Notes under the pieces: model-generated
The model's database searches: none
What the model was told of the DNA's origin: nothing
Seen by the model: only the letters and a program-made list of their open reading frames with translations
In this document: positions 48,828 through 59,228 of the stretch, in pieces
Layout of the letters: each line of letters opens with the position of its first letter
Position numbering within the stretch: position 1 is the stretch's first letter
Assembly (NCBI GenBank): GCA_903944085.1
Contig: CAJAQO010000198.1
Location: forward strand, 3,625-67,624
From: an uncultured Verrucomicrobia subdivision 3 bacterium
GTDB taxonomy: Bacteria > Verrucomicrobiota > Verrucomicrobiia > Limisphaerales > UBA11358
Length of the DNA: 64,000 nt
Direction: 5' to 3'
Program-made: the position numbers and the translations under genes

Positions 48828-49777
48828 GCGAAGGTTGAAGCCTGGTTTTGGCTAAACAGCGCTTCACCGCCGATCAATGCCGCGTCATCACCCAGTGCGG
48901 CAGCGACCACGGGAGTTTGCAATGGCAGACTGGGCATGTGCTGCCGCAGATGTTCTTCCATCGCGGGCAAAACAATGTCAGGACTACGCAAAACTCCGCC
49001 GCCGAGCACCACCAGTTCCGGGTCAAACGCGATCACGGCATTTTGAACCACGACCGCCCAAACCTCGAGGCTTTGCTGAAGCAGAGCTTGAGCACATTCA
49101 TCGCCCTGGGCCGCCAGCGCGAAGATTGTTTCGTAATCAGTTTTCCCCGCGCCGGCCAGTTGGCTGCCGGCGAAGTCGGAGCGTTCCCGCGCCAGCTTCG
49201 CAAGCGTGGCGGTGGAAGCGAGATCTTCGGCACAGCCGATGTTTCCGCAGCGCCCGGCTGAATGTTTGTGGGCGATGGTGCTGTGCCCCAACAACGTCGC
49301 CGCGCGGTTGTTCGCGCCCCGCAAAAGCCGGCCGCTGGAAATCACCGCGCAGCCGATGCCTGTGCCCAGCGCCAGCATCACCACGTCGCTTTTTCCGCGC
49401 GCGGCGCCGGCCGTCCATTCGCCCAGCAACGCCATGCGCAAATCATTTTCCAAGGCCACGGGCAATCCCAGCCGCGCGCGGCTCCACGCGGCGAAGTCAA
49501 TGTCCCCCGCGCCTGGAAATTTTCCGAACTCGCCCCGCACGTGCGGCAATTTTGGGTCCGCCAAAAACGGCAGCGACAAGGCAACGCCCGCACAGTTTTG
49601 AAGAGTGCAGTCGTTCGTTTTCAGCAGCGATTCCCATGCACAAGCAACCGCTTCAAGCCGCTCCGCCATCGGGCGATTGGCGCCGGCGTCGAGCCGGTTT
49701 CGCGCGCGGATGCGGCCAGCGCGCACCAGCCCAAGCTTGATCGTGGTGCCACCGAAATCTGCGGCGAGAATCATCAT
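48824..49777 (-). CDS. ROK-family sugar kinase (atypical motifs)
   Basis: ADFGGTTIK, LENDLRMALLGE, LGTGIG, CGNIGCAE, DPELVVLGGGV, LGDDAALIG; no N-terminal HTH. Confidence 0.85.
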   Translation of the reverse strand: MMILAADFGGTTIKLGLVRAGRIRARNRLDAGANRPMAERLEAVACAWESLLKTNDCTLQNCAGVALSLPFLADPKLPHVRGEFGKFPGAGDIDFAAWSRARLGLPVALENDLRMALLGEWTAGAARGKSDVVMLALGTGIGCAVISSGRLLRGANNRAATLLGHSTIAHKHSAGRCGNIGCAEDLASTATLAKLARERSDFAGSQLAGAGKTDYETIFALAAQGDECAQALLQQSLEVWAVVVQNAVIAFDPELVVLGGGVLRSPDIVLPAMEEHLRQHMPSLPLQTPVVAAALGDDAALIGGEALFSQNQASTFA

Positions 49778-50559
49778 GGCGCTTCCCGTTTCAAATCCAA
49801 CGTCAGCGTGAAACGCGCGCTGACATAGTGGACTTCAGCAAATTCCATCGGTCTTTTGCCCGTGTCAAAAACCGTGTGGCAACGAAGCAACAGCGGTTCA
49901 CCGGTCGGCACTTTCAAGTGCCGCGCCAGCGCGGCGGCGGCAGGCACCGCGGAAAGTTCTTCGCGGGCGCTGTCCGCCACCGAACCGGTTTCCGCCTGAA
50001 TTAATTCATAAAGCGGCTTTGAAAAATCGGCCGCTTCCGCGAGCCGCAGGCGCGGATGAAACCAGGAGCGGGAATGCAGCACCGGACGTTTTGCCCAGCC
50101 ACGCACGCGATCCAGCCGCAGCACTTCGGTTCCCGCCGTGATTTGCAACGCCTGCGCCACGCGGTCGGGCGCGGCGAAACGGCGCGCGTCCAGAAAATAA
50201 CTTTCCACGGAGATGTTGCGCCGCGCCATTTCGCGCGAAAAACTGCGCCATTCGCCAATGCTCGACTCGGCCGGAATGGGCAGCACGCGTGTGCCGACGC
50301 CCGGCTTGCGTTCCAACAGGCGCTGGTTAACCAGTCGCGTGAGGGCCACGCGCACGGTTCCCCGGCTGACGCCAAAGCGGTTGGCCAGCGTCAGTTCATC
50401 GGGAAACAATGCGCCTTTTTGAAACTCCGGCAGCGCCATCATCCGCCGCAATTCACGCTCGATCTGCGCATGGAGTGGAACCGGATCAGCCGCCACCAAG
50501 CCGGGCAGAGATTTTGAGCCGGAGCGCGAAAACCGGCGAAATGGACGGCTAGAATTCAT
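49774..50559 (-). CDS. GntR-family (HutC/UTRA) transcriptional regulator
   Basis: PDELTLANRFGVSRGTVRVAL...ERKPGVGT wHTH plus UTRA-like C-terminus. ATG at 50559; the longer track ORF overlaps the transporter gene. Confidence 0.9.
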   Translation of the reverse strand: MNSSRPFRRFSRSGSKSLPGLVAADPVPLHAQIERELRRMMALPEFQKGALFPDELTLANRFGVSRGTVRVALTRLVNQRLLERKPGVGTRVLPIPAESSIGEWRSFSREMARRNISVESYFLDARRFAAPDRVAQALQITAGTEVLRLDRVRGWAKRPVLHSRSWFHPRLRLAEAADFSKPLYELIQAETGSVADSAREELSAVPAAAALARHLKVPTGEPLLLRCHTVFDTGKRPMEFAEVHYVSARFTLTLDLKREAP

Positions 50560-50573
50560 TTGTCTATACAAAT
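50558..50573. promoter_or_regulatory. HutC-subfamily GntR operator
   Basis: ATTTGTCTATACAAAT, a near-perfect palindrome fitting the GT-x-TA-x-AC consensus, between the divergent regulator and transporter. Confidence 0.8.
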
Positions 50574-50653
50574 AAACAAATAGCTTGCGCCGGTTGGTTC
50601 GGTCAACTAAAAAGTGCCGCATCATGCACGCGCCACCAGCCTCGGAATCTGCC

Positions 50654-52000
50654 ATGACCAGCTCCCATTTGCCTCCCAGCGGCGGCATCCTGCTGCTGAG
50701 TGCGATCGTGGCGGCGCTCGGCTCGCTGTTGTTCGGCTTCGACACCGCCGTGATTTCCGGCACCACGGAAGCGTTGCGCCACGCGTTTGCGCTCAATGAC
50801 AACCTGCTCGGTTTTACGGTTTCGAGCGCGCTCATTGGCACAATGTTCGGTGCGTTTGGAGCCGGACGCCCCGCCGACAGGTGGGGACGGCGGCCAATGT
50901 TGACGTTGCTCGCGGTGCTGTTTCTTATTTCCGCCACCGGCTGTGCCTTGGGGTGGAACTGGTATGCCCTGTTGTTTTTTCGTTTTCTCGGCGGCGTGGC
51001 CGTCGGCGCGGCGTCCGTCATCTGCCCGCTGTATATCACCGAAATCGCCCCGGCCAAAAGCCGTGGTTTGCTGGTGTGCGTGAGCCAGTTGAACATCGTG
51101 GTCGGCATCCTGCTGGCCTATCTCTCAAATTATCTGGTCGCGCATTTTCTTGGGGCGGAAAAGCCGGACGCGTGGCGCTGGATGTTTGGCGTGATGGCGT
51201 TGCCCTCGCTGACGTTTCTGGTCGCCGCACTGGTGATTCCCGAGAGTCCGCGCTGGCTGGTCAAAAAGCACCGGCTAGCCGAAGCGGAAGCCGTGCTGAC
51301 CCGTTTTGGTCACGAAGCACCGGCGCGCGAAACCCGGGAAATTCAGGAATCTCTTTCCGCCGAAACCACCGGCGCGAGCGACCGGCTTTTTCAGCGCAAA
51401 TATCTGAAACCGCTTTTGCTCGTTTGCATGATCGCCGCATTCAACCAGCTCGACGGCATCAATGCCGTCATTTATTACACGACCGACATCTTTCGCATGG
51501 CTGGCGCGGACAAAGCCAGTGCGCTTATGCAATCGGTGATCGTGGGGCTGACTAATCTGGTGATGACGTTTGTCGGCATGGCGCTCATTGACCGCGTCGG
51601 GCGCAAGGCGCTGCTGCTCGTCGGCTCAGTGACGTTCGTGCTTTCGCATGCGTTGGCGGCGTGGGTTTTTGCCACGCACACGCAGGGCTGGATGGTGATT
51701 GCCGCGATGATGGGCGTGGTCGGCTCACACGCGTATTCGCAAGGCGCGGTCGTCTGGGTGATCATCAACGAACTGCTGCCCAACGCCGTCCGTGCCTCCG
51801 GCTCGGCGCTGGCGTGTTTTTTCATGTGGATGCTGTGCGCGGGAATTGGCTGGGGCTTTCCCGTCATCGCCAAGGCTTCGGGCGCGGTGGCTTTTGGATT
51901 TTTCGCGCTGATGATGGTGGCTCAATTCATCCTCGTCGCCAAATTCCTGCCCGAAACCAAAGGCGTGAGCCTGGAGGAATTGCAAAAACGACTTGGTTGA
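50654..52000 (+). CDS. Sugar porter family MFS transporter (start 50624 or 50654)
   Basis: LFGFDTAVISG, DRWGRR, YITEIAP, PESPRWL, GINAVIYY, DRVGRK, PETKGVSLEE. Confidence 0.93.
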   Translation: MTSSHLPPSGGILLLSAIVAALGSLLFGFDTAVISGTTEALRHAFALNDNLLGFTVSSALIGTMFGAFGAGRPADRWGRRPMLTLLAVLFLISATGCALGWNWYALLFFRFLGGVAVGAASVICPLYITEIAPAKSRGLLVCVSQLNIVVGILLAYLSNYLVAHFLGAEKPDAWRWMFGVMALPSLTFLVAALVIPESPRWLVKKHRLAEAEAVLTRFGHEAPARETREIQESLSAETTGASDRLFQRKYLKPLLLVCMIAAFNQLDGINAVIYYTTDIFRMAGADKASALMQSVIVGLTNLVMTFVGMALIDRVGRKALLLVGSVTFVLSHALAAWVFATHTQGWMVIAAMMGVVGSHAYSQGAVVWVIINELLPNAVRASGSALACFFMWMLCAGIGWGFPVIAKASGAVAFGFFALMMVAQFILVAKFLPETKGVSLEELQKRLG

Positions 52001-52152
52001 CTCGTAAACAATTTGGTTTAATGAGCATAGACTCATTTTGCACGCCCCGCCCATGCTGGATTGGGTTTGGCAGAGGGCACAAAGTTCAGCCGCGCGTATT
52101 GGCTAATCTGTTCCTGGGTGATGACGAGCTTAGTGAACGGCTGGCCGTTTAG

Positions 52153-52488
52153 TGCGACCGATTACTGCGTCATCATAAAACAAAGGGTTCTTACATTATC
52201 ATGGATTATCACGGCGGCCTGGCCGCAAACATTGTCCAAGTCATCAACCAGGCTTCCGGAACCAGTCCGCAGATTCAGCCTTTGGTGTTGCTGAAGGGAG
52301 GTGACTCAACGGCATTGATTCGTTTCCACGGTGCGCCGGGACAAACTTGGCGCATTCAAGCCTGCGATGCCATCGGCGGAACTTGGACGACCATTGGAAC
52401 CGCCATGGCCGGATCGGACGGTTTGATTGATGCGACTGATGCCGTCGGAATGTATTCGTTACGATTTTACCGCGCGGTTTCCCCATAG
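52153..52488 (+). pseudogene. Orphan C-terminal fragment of a secreted protein (FYR-type C-terminal domain)
   Basis: ...IRFHGAPGQTWRIQACDAIGGTWTTIG...LRFYRAVSP matches the C-termini of the giant proteins; in-frame TAG at 52150 and no signal peptide. Confidence 0.6.
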
Positions 52489-52992
52489 TAGGCAGCCGTG
52501 GCGAAGGCACTCATTGCTTTCGTTGGCCCGGCCCAACAATTATCGCGAACGACAAAGACTCCGCAGCCTACTCAAAAACGCCAAGCGCATTTTTGCCAGC
52601 ATCTTAGCTGGTGGCGGATATCAAATTATAGGAATTGAAGTGGAGTTGGCTGGTAATGCGTTTAAGGCGCTGATAGCTGGAACTCGTCTGGTTTCGGTCC
52701 CACCTCGCGGCTCAAGTCATCTTCGACGGGAAAAGTGTTGGGGACGTGTTTCACGCCTTCGAGTTGCTCATGGTTAATAACGAGGACTTGCGGTCGTATC
52801 AATATCTGGAACGGCTGACGACGCTGATGAATCTGCTCGCCAGCGGCAGCATCGGTTTTTCCGGTAGGTTAAGAAGTTTGGTCGAGAAATAATCGAACGC
52901 CAGTCGGTCTCCGGCAAAGACGTGGCCAGAATGGGTGGTGGCGCAGTCACAAATCAACCATTCAATTTCCGGCAACTCTTGTTTTTTGCATA

Positions 52993-53721
52993 TTAGCAGC
53001 CATGTTGAATGTCGTATGCATGTTGCCAAGCATGAGTGATATGCGCGGTGATAGCGTCTACGCCGACTCCATGTTTGACCTGTGCAAACACGAATGGCCC
53101 GGCCCCGCGCATTTTTTTTGTGTCGCGTTCCATCACCGCCAAATCGGCACCCACGCCGGCGGCGAGATCGGTCTTGTTGATGACGAGCAGGTCGGACTGC
53201 GTGATGCCCGGACCTCCTTTGCGCGGAATTTTGTCACCGCCGCAGACATCAATCACTTGAATGGTAAAATCAGCCAGTTCACGGCTGAAGCACGCCGCCA
53301 GATTGTCGCCGCCGGATTCGATGAACAGCATTTGTGGTTTGAACTTTTGGTGCAGTTCCTCCAGCGCGAGCAAATTCGCCGAAATATCCTCGCGGATCGC
53401 CGTGTGCGGACACCCGCCGGTTTCCACCGCGCGGATGCGTTCGGCGGGCAGCGCTTCGTGCTTGGTAAGAAACTCAGCATCTTCCTTGGTGAAAATATCG
53501 TTCGTCACGGCGGCAATATTCATGGTGGCGCGCAAGCGTTGACAGAGTTGAAGCAACAACGCCGTTTTGCCACTGCCTACCGGACCACCCACCCCGACAG
53601 TAAAAGCGCGTTTACTGAAATCGCGGTCAAGCGGTTGCTCGCGCTCAGTAAAATGCCCCGCTGAGTCTGCGTGGCCATTGCCACCGTGGGTTTGAAAATG
53701 GAACAGCAAGCTTGAGTTCAT
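52993..53721 (-). CDS. ureG: Urease accessory GTPase UreG
   Basis: [52 protein letters not shown]. Confidence 0.97.
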   Translation of the reverse strand: MNSSLLFHFQTHGGNGHADSAGHFTEREQPLDRDFSKRAFTVGVGGPVGSGKTALLLQLCQRLRATMNIAAVTNDIFTKEDAEFLTKHEALPAERIRAVETGGCPHTAIREDISANLLALEELHQKFKPQMLFIESGGDNLAACFSRELADFTIQVIDVCGGDKIPRKGGPGITQSDLLVINKTDLAAGVGADLAVMERDTKKMRGAGPFVFAQVKHGVGVDAITAHITHAWQHAYDIQHGC

Positions 53722-53733
53722 GGCGGTTGTTTT

Positions 53734-54381
53734 TTAGCTCTGAAAAAGTCGGGAGTAAAGCCGGTCTTGCGCGCCTTGCCAGAGGTCGAGCAGCGGCGAA
53801 GTTTGGGCGATTTGATCCAGCGTCAACAAGGCGCAGGCATTTAGAATTATTTCTGCTTTTGGCGACAGCTTATGCTGTAGTATCTGCGCCTCCATCGGCC
53901 CGATGATGTTCAAACGCACCGCCGCCGCCAGCACGCTGCGGAGGTGATTGAATAAAAACAGGCGGGCCGTCGTGGCGCGCGAAACTTCCAACCGGCGCAG
54001 GCCCGCGCCAAGAACTGGCGCGTAATGGGCGAATTCAATTTCCAATTTCAAATTTTCAATTTCCAATTTGAAAATGCGTTCCGCCGCCGTCAGAAAAGCC
54101 CGGCCCTGCGCCCGGCTGGCGCGGTTGGCGACATGGTTCGTCGTGAAAACATCGCAAAGCTGGTCAAACTCAGCGAGTTTTTCCGGCTCATCAAAAGCGG
54201 CCATAGCAAATGGCAGCGCCGCATGACCGAGTTGTTGGAGGCTGGCCTCGAGGAAAGAAAACAGTTCGCTGCGATTGCGGACTTCGCCGTGCTGCCAGGC
54301 GGCTTCGAGTCCGAGTGAATGAGCGAAACCGCCGGTGGGAAACGCCGAATCGCAAAGTTGCCAGAGCAGCCAATCATCCAT
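53734..54381 (-). CDS. ureF: Urease accessory protein UreF
   Basis: WQLCDSAFPTGGFAHSLGLEAA, AAVRL, YSRLFQS; ATG at 54381. Confidence 0.93.
   Translation of the reverse strand: MDDWLLWQLCDSAFPTGGFAHSLGLEAAWQHGEVRNRSELFSFLEASLQQLGHAALPFAMAAFDEPEKLAEFDQLCDVFTTNHVANRASRAQGRAFLTAAERIFKLEIENLKLEIEFAHYAPVLGAGLRRLEVSRATTARLFLFNHLRSVLAAAVRLNIIGPMEAQILQHKLSPKAEIILNACALLTLDQIAQTSPLLDLWQGAQDRLYSRLFQS
54037..54071. repeat. 5 x 7 bp tandem repeat inside ureF
   Basis: AATTTCC AATTTCA AATTTTC AATTTCC AATTTGA, encoding KLEIENLKLEI. Confidence 0.75.
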
Positions 54382-54509
54382 TTTTTTATTTGCCGTTGCA
54401 GGAGCTACCGCACTCAAGTTGAAAACTTTTGAACGGCGAGCGGCCAATTGGATCACAGATTTTCCAGGTTGTTGGCCATGACCGTTGATTTGGGGCGCGC
54501 GTGACACGA

Positions 54510-56225
54510 TTAAAAAAGTTGATACCGCTGCGCCAGCGGCAGCACTTTTGCCGGTTCGCACGTCAGCAGTTCGCCATCCGCACGGACTTTGTAGGTTTCA
54601 GGATCCACCGTGATCTTCGGCATGGCGTTGTTCCATTTTAAATCTTTCTTGCCCACTTTGCGACAACCACGCACGGCTTCGATGCGTTTGGTCAGACCAT
54701 AAGTTTTGCCCACACCTTTTTGTTTCGCGAGTTGGCTGACAAACGCAATGGAACTCATCCCCGCCGTGCGGCCCAACGCGCCGAACATCGGCCGCATGAA
54801 CACCGGCTGCGGCGTGGGAATGCTCGCGTTCGGGTCGCCCATTTGCGCCCACGCGATAATGCCGCCTTTGATCACCATTTCCGGTTTCGCGCCGAACATC
54901 GATGGTTTCCATAAAACAAGATCGGCGAGCTTGCCGACTTCAATCGAACCGATGATGTGCGCCATGCCATGCGCGAGCGCGGGGTTGATCGTGTATTTCG
55001 CGAGGTAACGTTTGATTCGAAGATTGTCGTTGTCGCCTTTTTCACCGGGCAGACGACCACGCTGTTGCTTCATCTTGTCCGCCGTCTGCCAACTGCGCGT
55101 GATGACTTCGCCGATGCGGCCCATTGCCTGCGAATCGGAACTCATCATGCTGATTGCGCCAAGGTCGTGTAAAATATCCTCGGCAGCGATGGTCTCGCCG
55201 CGAATCCGGCTTTCGGCAAACGCCACGTCTTCTGGCAAATTCGGATCGAGATGATGGCATACCATGAGCATGTCGAGATGCTCGTCAATGGTGTTGACCG
55301 TGTAAGGCTTCGTCGGGTTGGTGGAACTTGGCAGCACGTTTGGTTCGCCACAAATGCGGATGATGTCCGGTGCATGGCCACCGCCCGCGCCTTCGCTGTG
55401 ATAAGTATGGATCGTCCGGCCTTTGAACGCAGCGATCGTGCCTTCAACAAATGTGGATTCATTCAACGTGTCTGTGTGAATCGTGACTTGAATATCGTGC
55501 TTGTCCGCCATGCTCAAACAACAATCAATCGCCGCCGGCGTCGTGCCCCAATCTTCGTGCAACTTCAAACCAATCGCACCGGCCTCGATTTGATCGCTCA
55601 AACCTTCTGGCATCGCGGTGTTGCCTTTGCCAGTAAAACCAAAATTGAGCGGCAAGGAATCCACGGCTTGCAACATCGCTTTGAAGTAAAATGGCGCGGG
55701 CGTGCAGGTGGTCGCGCAGGTGCCGACCGCCGGCCCGGTGCCACCGCCAACCATCGTCGTGAGTCCGGCCGCAATGGCTTCGTGCGCCTGCTGCGGACAG
55801 ATGAAATGGATATGCGTGTCGAGTCCGCCCGCCGTGATGATCAAACCTTCGCCTGCGATCACTTCGGTCGTGACGCCGATGATCATTTTTTTGGTAACGC
55901 CCGCCATGACATCGGGATTGCCCGCCTTGCCAATGCCGGAGATCAAACCGTTTTTAATGCCGATGTCTGCTTTGTAAATTCCCGTGTAATCAATGATGAG
56001 TGCGTTGGTGATGACGCAATCCAGTGCGTCCTTTGCCCCGACGCCAGCGGCCTGGCCCATGCCTTCGCGGATGACCTTGCCGCCGCCAAATTTGCATTCG
56101 TCGCCATAAATCGTGGAATCTTTTTCGACTTCGAGAATCAACGATGTATCGCCGAGCCGGACTTTGTCGCCGGTCGTCGGGCCAAACATTTCGGCGTAAT
56201 GCGCGCGTTTCATGGTGTGCGACAT
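54510..56225 (-). CDS. ureC: Urease alpha subunit
   Basis: [58 protein letters not shown]. Confidence 0.98.
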   Translation of the reverse strand: MSHTMKRAHYAEMFGPTTGDKVRLGDTSLILEVEKDSTIYGDECKFGGGKVIREGMGQAAGVGAKDALDCVITNALIIDYTGIYKADIGIKNGLISGIGKAGNPDVMAGVTKKMIIGVTTEVIAGEGLIITAGGLDTHIHFICPQQAHEAIAAGLTTMVGGGTGPAVGTCATTCTPAPFYFKAMLQAVDSLPLNFGFTGKGNTAMPEGLSDQIEAGAIGLKLHEDWGTTPAAIDCCLSMADKHDIQVTIHTDTLNESTFVEGTIAAFKGRTIHTYHSEGAGGGHAPDIIRICGEPNVLPSSTNPTKPYTVNTIDEHLDMLMVCHHLDPNLPEDVAFAESRIRGETIAAEDILHDLGAISMMSSDSQAMGRIGEVITRSWQTADKMKQQRGRLPGEKGDNDNLRIKRYLAKYTINPALAHGMAHIIGSIEVGKLADLVLWKPSMFGAKPEMVIKGGIIAWAQMGDPNASIPTPQPVFMRPMFGALGRTAGMSSIAFVSQLAKQKGVGKTYGLTKRIEAVRGCRKVGKKDLKWNNAMPKITVDPETYKVRADGELLTCEPAKVLPLAQRYQLF

Positions 56226-56229
56226 AAAT

Positions 56230-57624
56230 TCAGGCTGCGGCCGGCGCGAGGTAACGAATGCGTTTGTTGACGTCGGTGTTGATGGAATGATACGGCTGCG
56301 TCAAATTTCCGGCGGCGAACAAAGTCTGGCGCGTGTGTTCCAGGTCATCATCGCCGATGGCGTCGGTGAAAATGGGTAGCAGATATTCAATGCCCAGTTT
56401 GGAGGGTCGCATGAGTTTCGCATCGTAAAGCGATGGGTGCATGGAACGCGCATGAATCAATCCCCAGCGATCACGCAACCGATTTGCATCGTAGCCTTCA
56501 ACATGAAAGCCTTTCGTTTCGTTATATTGCAAGATTGAAATCGCGTTGTTGCGGCCTTCGATCAGCATCTCGACCGACTTAGCGCCAAGCTGGGCGGCGT
56601 AAAAGCGATCGAACAAAATCGGCCGGCCGCCGCGTTGCGTATGACCGACTTTGCGCGTGAAAATCGCTTCGCGCGCCGTTTCGCTCCGGCGATAGAGCTT
56701 GAAATAATTGTCGCCGATCATCTGGATCAGCTTTGAACGCAAGGCCTCCGCCGCGCCACTCAGTTGGATGTTCCCGGCAGGATCGGAGGATTTTAATTCC
56801 GCGCCCAGCTCGCGACCTTGCGAATCCACGATGCCTTCGCCGCAAACGATCACGACATTTTTCTGCAAGTCGTAAGTATGTTTCACGCGTTCGACGAGAT
56901 GTTCCAGATCGAGCGGCTGTTCGGGCACGAGCAAAATGTCCGGGCGGCCGTAAGCCGTGCCGAGCGCGATGTAACCGGAGTGGCGGCCCATGACCTCGAT
57001 GATGGCAATGCGACGATGACTCTCGGCCGTGGTGCGAATGCGCCCAACGCCTTGCGCAGAAACAAAAACTGACGTGGCATAGCCGGGCGTGGCGTAATTG
57101 ACAATTTGATCAAGTTGAAAAACCGCCCGGGATTCGGCCCGTTTGTAATGGTAGCCGCCCTTTGCGGAAGTATCGTTGACGCGCACGAATTCATCCGGCT
57201 CGCTGGGATAATTCAGGCCGAGGTCGTTATCAATTGTCTTCGGCGCGAGCACAGTAGGCAGGCGTTCGGCCAATGGTTGCAGCCCATTCAGCGTGCCGTC
57301 GCCGCCCACGCAAATCAGTCCTTCAATGCCGAGTTTGGCCAACCGCGACGCAATCATATCCAAATCATCCTTCTTTTCTGGATCAACATAATCGCGCGAA
57401 GAGCCAATCAGCGTGCCGCCTTTGGCCGGATCGAGCTCCGGGATTTCCTGATACAGCGGATTGAGCAGAACGTGCGGGACGCGCGGATTGAACAGGCTGT
57501 TGAAGCCTTTGATAAGACCCACGATTTCCACCTTGAGTTGGTTGGCGCGCGTAACGGCACCCGCGATGGTTGCGTTCAAGGCCGGTGTGTCGCCGCCCGC
57601 TGTCAAAATGCCGATGCGTTTCAT
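56230..57624 (-). CDS. PfkA-family 6-phosphofructokinase
   Basis: [57 protein letters not shown]. Confidence 0.9.
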   Translation of the reverse strand: MKRIGILTAGGDTPALNATIAGAVTRANQLKVEIVGLIKGFNSLFNPRVPHVLLNPLYQEIPELDPAKGGTLIGSSRDYVDPEKKDDLDMIASRLAKLGIEGLICVGGDGTLNGLQPLAERLPTVLAPKTIDNDLGLNYPSEPDEFVRVNDTSAKGGYHYKRAESRAVFQLDQIVNYATPGYATSVFVSAQGVGRIRTTAESHRRIAIIEVMGRHSGYIALGTAYGRPDILLVPEQPLDLEHLVERVKHTYDLQKNVVIVCGEGIVDSQGRELGAELKSSDPAGNIQLSGAAEALRSKLIQMIGDNYFKLYRRSETAREAIFTRKVGHTQRGGRPILFDRFYAAQLGAKSVEMLIEGRNNAISILQYNETKGFHVEGYDANRLRDRWGLIHARSMHPSLYDAKLMRPSKLGIEYLLPIFTDAIGDDDLEHTRQTLFAAGNLTQPYHSINTDVNKRIRYLAPAAA

Positions 57625-58379
57625 ACAGGTTGATTTGCAAATGACGCTGATTTGATTTTTTTCAAAGCCGCCTTTTTCCCGGCCGGAGAAACTTTGCCGC
57701 TCGCGAGATTGTTGCCACCGCGAATAATTTTTTTTCCGGCAATTTCAACCAACTTCACCGTCTTGGTTTCGCCGGGTTCAAAACGCACGGCGGTGCCGGC
57801 GGGAATATCAAGTCGCTTGCCATACGCCGCGCCGCGATCAAATTGCAACAACGCATTCGTCTCGATGAAATGATAATGACTGCCAACTTGAATCGGTCGG
57901 TCACCGAGATTTGTGACGGGAATTTCCAACGTAGCACGGCCGGTATTGAGTTCGATTTCACCTTCCTTGATTTCGGTTGAACCCGGAACCGGTTCGTCGG
58001 CGATTGCTTTGAACATGGAAATATCCGGCACCGGCAGAAAACTGCCATGCAGCGCGAGCGCGAGATTTCCGTTCTCACTGGCGATGGGATGATGCACGGT
58101 CACAAGTTTGGAGCCGTCAGGAAACGTGCCTTCGACTTGCACGTCATAAATCATTTCCGGCACGCCGGACATCACTTGGTTCCGGCCGAGCAAATGCCGA
58201 CCGAGATTCATCAGTTCGGCGACGCTCTTGCCATCGCGAATGAATTCCAAAATCACCGCTGCGATGAGCGCGACTGCTTCGGGATGGTTCAGTCGCAGGC
58301 CGCGCGCGAGGCGTTTCTGCGCGAGAAAACCGGCGTTGTGCAGCAGCAGTTTGTCAATTTCGCGAGGAGACAGGTGCAT
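57621..58379 (-). CDS. ureAB: Fused urease gamma-beta subunit
   Basis: [11 protein letters not shown]...[16 protein letters not shown] (gamma) joined to [13 protein letters not shown]...[15 protein letters not shown] (beta); ATG at 58379. Confidence 0.95.
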   Translation of the reverse strand: MHLSPREIDKLLLHNAGFLAQKRLARGLRLNHPEAVALIAAVILEFIRDGKSVAELMNLGRHLLGRNQVMSGVPEMIYDVQVEGTFPDGSKLVTVHHPIASENGNLALALHGSFLPVPDISMFKAIADEPVPGSTEIKEGEIELNTGRATLEIPVTNLGDRPIQVGSHYHFIETNALLQFDRGAAYGKRLDIPAGTAVRFEPGETKTVKLVEIAGKKIIRGGNNLASGKVSPAGKKAALKKIKSASFANQPV

Positions 58380-58383
58380 AAAA

Positions 58384-59226
58384 TTACCATTTGCGCGCCC
58401 ACGGATCGTCGCCGAGGAATTCCGACACAAATGCCAGACGTCGGTGGAGTTCACGTCCAACGGCTTCGACTTGTTCGCCCGCCACCCGCAGCACCGCGCC
58501 GTCGCGCACAGGGCTGGCGCTGACGACCAACGCCGCGTGGCGTTCCACCGGCGCGGCGGAAATGTTCTGCAGCAATTCACCGGCAACAGCACGCAGCGGC
58601 TCCCCGGCAAGCAACACGGTGGCAAAACAGTTGAATCGTCCGGTTCGCGCCGGCGAGGTCAATGAACCATCGGCCGAATCCAGCAAGATTGATTCGAGAA
58701 AAATTCTTTCACCCGCAACGAAAACTTCGTTGCGCGTTGTAAACTGTGAAAATTGCCAGCGTTCACCGCGTGCGGCGCGGCCGGACGTGAACCAATCAAC
58801 CAGCACCAATCCGGCTCCGGCGGCGAGGTGAAATTCCTGTCGTTGCGAATAGCTGGAGCCGGCAAACGCCTGCACCGGATCGGGCGCGAACACGAGCAGC
58901 GAATTTTCGTCCAGCATGGCCCGGGTTACGTGGCCGCACGGAAGTTGATTGGGATTGCGATAAATTTTTGTGGAAGCCTGCGTGCCGAGAAAACAGCGCG
59001 CGTTTTTGCCGAGGCGGAGGTCGAGCCGGGTCTGGTCGCCAGCGACAAGGCCGCCGCCGAAGCTGCTCGTGCAGGCCCAGACGCTGCGGCCCCGCGCCCG
59101 AGGCGTGAGCAGCTTCAACGGACTGCGGGCCAGCGCGGACGTGACGGCACTCGCGCCGCAAACGGATTCGACTTCGAGCGCCGCGCCGCCGGGTTCCTTG
59201 GAATAATTTTTTGCAAAAGCAACCAC
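58384..59226 (-). CDS. ureD: Urease accessory protein UreD
   Basis: [33 protein letters not shown]. Confidence 0.92.
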   Translation of the reverse strand: MVAFAKNYSKEPGGAALEVESVCGASAVTSALARSPLKLLTPRARGRSVWACTSSFGGGLVAGDQTRLDLRLGKNARCFLGTQASTKIYRNPNQLPCGHVTRAMLDENSLLVFAPDPVQAFAGSSYSQRQEFHLAAGAGLVLVDWFTSGRAARGERWQFSQFTTRNEVFVAGERIFLESILLDSADGSLTSPARTGRFNCFATVLLAGEPLRAVAGELLQNISAAPVERHAALVVSASPVRDGAVLRVAGEQVEAVGRELHRRLAFVSEFLGDDPWARKW

Positions 59227-59228
59227 GC

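Noticed and set aside
50560-51108. Long N-terminal extension of the GntR ORF (444 aa)
   Set aside because: It is the antisense of the sugar porter gene; similar upstream over-extensions were trimmed for ureF, ureAB, urtE and urtB.
52490-52990. Short ORFs downstream of ureG
   Set aside because: No recognisable homology; cannot be supported.
54382-54509. Possible ureE or small-gene remnant between ureC and ureF
   Set aside because: Only 128 bp, with no UreE-like or His-rich sequence.
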